A DNA stretch of 64,000 bases from the human T2T-CHM13v2.0 reference genome, Homo sapiens. The notes under the pieces were generated by a model. The model was not told the origin of the DNA. It made no database searches and was given only the letters and a program-made list of their open reading frames with translations. The stretch lies in assembly GCF_009914755.1 (NCBI RefSeq), contig NC_060927.1; one strand, given 5' to 3'. Both the position numbers and the translations under genes were made by a program. Shown here in pieces: positions 61,166-64,000 of the stretch (position 1 is its first letter; each line of letters begins with the position of its first letter).

Positions 61166-62689
61166 GCTCTTCAGCTTTTAAACATTGTTTTTTAAACTTT
61201 TATAGTTCTAGAAGTTAATTTAAATAAAATGGTAATCAGATGTTAATTTTTAAAATGTAGTTAATTTTTTAAACTATTTTTTGTAAGTGTGTTCATGTAT
61301 ATGTAGAATTCGTGTTATGGGAAAATGTCACAAGTGAATATGGAGGTAAGAATAAAGGTATTCATTGCAGCAGTATTTGAAATAGAATAGAAAGATAGAT
61401 ATACTCACTAAATCTGTATTTAGTCCTAAGTACTCAGGAGGCCAAGGCAGGAAGATTGTTTGAGCCAGGAGTTCAAGGCTAGCCTGGGTAATGTAATGAG
61501 ATCCCATCCCTCCCCAAAAAAGAATGTATTGAGAGGAAAAGATATCCATAATGTGTTAAATATAGGATTCAGTTTTTCTAGGGGTGTGTGTGTGTGAAGA
61601 AGAAAGTAGCTAACATATAGTGAACTGTGTGCCAGACACTATTTTAAGTGCTTTATATATGTTAACTCATTCAATCTTTTATAATCTGTGAGGTAGGTAT
61701 ACATATATAAATGTATATATATAAATTAGGGATGAGAATTACAGTGATCTTAATATATTATTATGAAAAAGATATTTTCATTTTGAAAAAGAATCAAACA
61801 CATTTAATGAAAGAAATAGTAGAGTGTCAAAAGCAAGGTCTTTTTAGGTTGATGCTAGGATTTTTGGGTGAGTAGACCCTCAGTTAAGTAAAATGAAAAA
61901 ATCCAGAGTTTATCATTTTCTCGGATAAACGTCTCTAAATTTATACTCAAAATCAATGGGAAGATATAATTTAATAGGTAACTACCTCCCTTTCAGTGAC
62001 ATCTAATAAGACTCAATAGAATTTATATTACTTTATCAGATAGGTTTGTCTCTTGAGTGGCACAATAATCTGGTGAGGAGAGACAGTCAGTGACAGAAGG
62101 ACCAAAAATGGGAGCCCTGCCGATTAGCCTCTGAAGCTCTAGTAAGGGCAGGCTCACACCCAAGGTTGGTAGATACATGTAGTCACTGTGTTTCTTGACC
62201 CCAGGAAAACTAGAGTCACCACCACACACAGCCCATAAGTGATGATGGAGGAACTTGGTTTCCCTGAATGCGGTTGACTATATTCGTGTATCTCAAGTGT
62301 CAGCTGAACAAGTGTCCCAACTTTCCCACTGTCCTTTAAGATTTAAATAGAACTTTTTATCCTAACATGTTGGACTACTTCTTCTAGTATCATTTCTTTT
62401 GGGAGATGACAGTTCTTTTTTGCAGGTGGTAGGGGACCGGGGAGAGTAGGCAGGGAGCTTGTATCCTCTGGCTTCGCCTTTCTGCTTCCCTGGTTTTCCA
62501 TCTGTCCTCTACACCACCTGTCCTTTACTCCCCCTAGTACCATCAACACAAGTTTGTGTAGCAGATCTTCCCTGAAGTTTTTACAGTAGTGAGCAAAGGG
62601 AGCGGGGCAATGAGGGGGATTTTTGTTTCTATGTTCCTCTTATTTTTAGTTGACACAATAATTGTACATATTTGTGGGATGCAGAGTGA

Positions 62690-64000
<1,311 letters not shown>

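Overview
Primate genomic DNA, consistent with human chr3q13.33 (recognised from the protein sequences, not by search). Two genes lie head-to-head on a shared CpG-rich bidirectional promoter at about 20.1-21.1 kb. RABL3 is on the minus strand; coding exons 1-2 are in the window and the rest lies off the left edge. GTF2E1 (TFIIE alpha) is complete on the plus strand, with a non-coding exon 1 and four coding exons giving 1320 nt / 439 aa. The window opens in a mitochondrial insertion (COX1 end, tRNA-Ser, tRNA-Asp, COX2 start) that abuts an L1. The remainder is mostly L1, Alu, LTR and DNA-transposon relics, and most ORFs in the track derive from these. The most unusual observations are: (1) four L1PA copies share non-consensus variants, including a 183-bp perfectly identical tract between inverted copies flanking the promoter, suggesting local gene conversion; (2) GTF2E1 intron 3 holds an apparently decayed in-frame 630-nt exon followed by a 1.9-kb purine-rich exon-like block; (3) a probable L1 3' transduction; (4) a locally duplicated ancient RTE-like LINE fragment; (5) repeated reuse of the same retrotransposon target sites; (6) a 35-nt U2 snRNA retrocopy.
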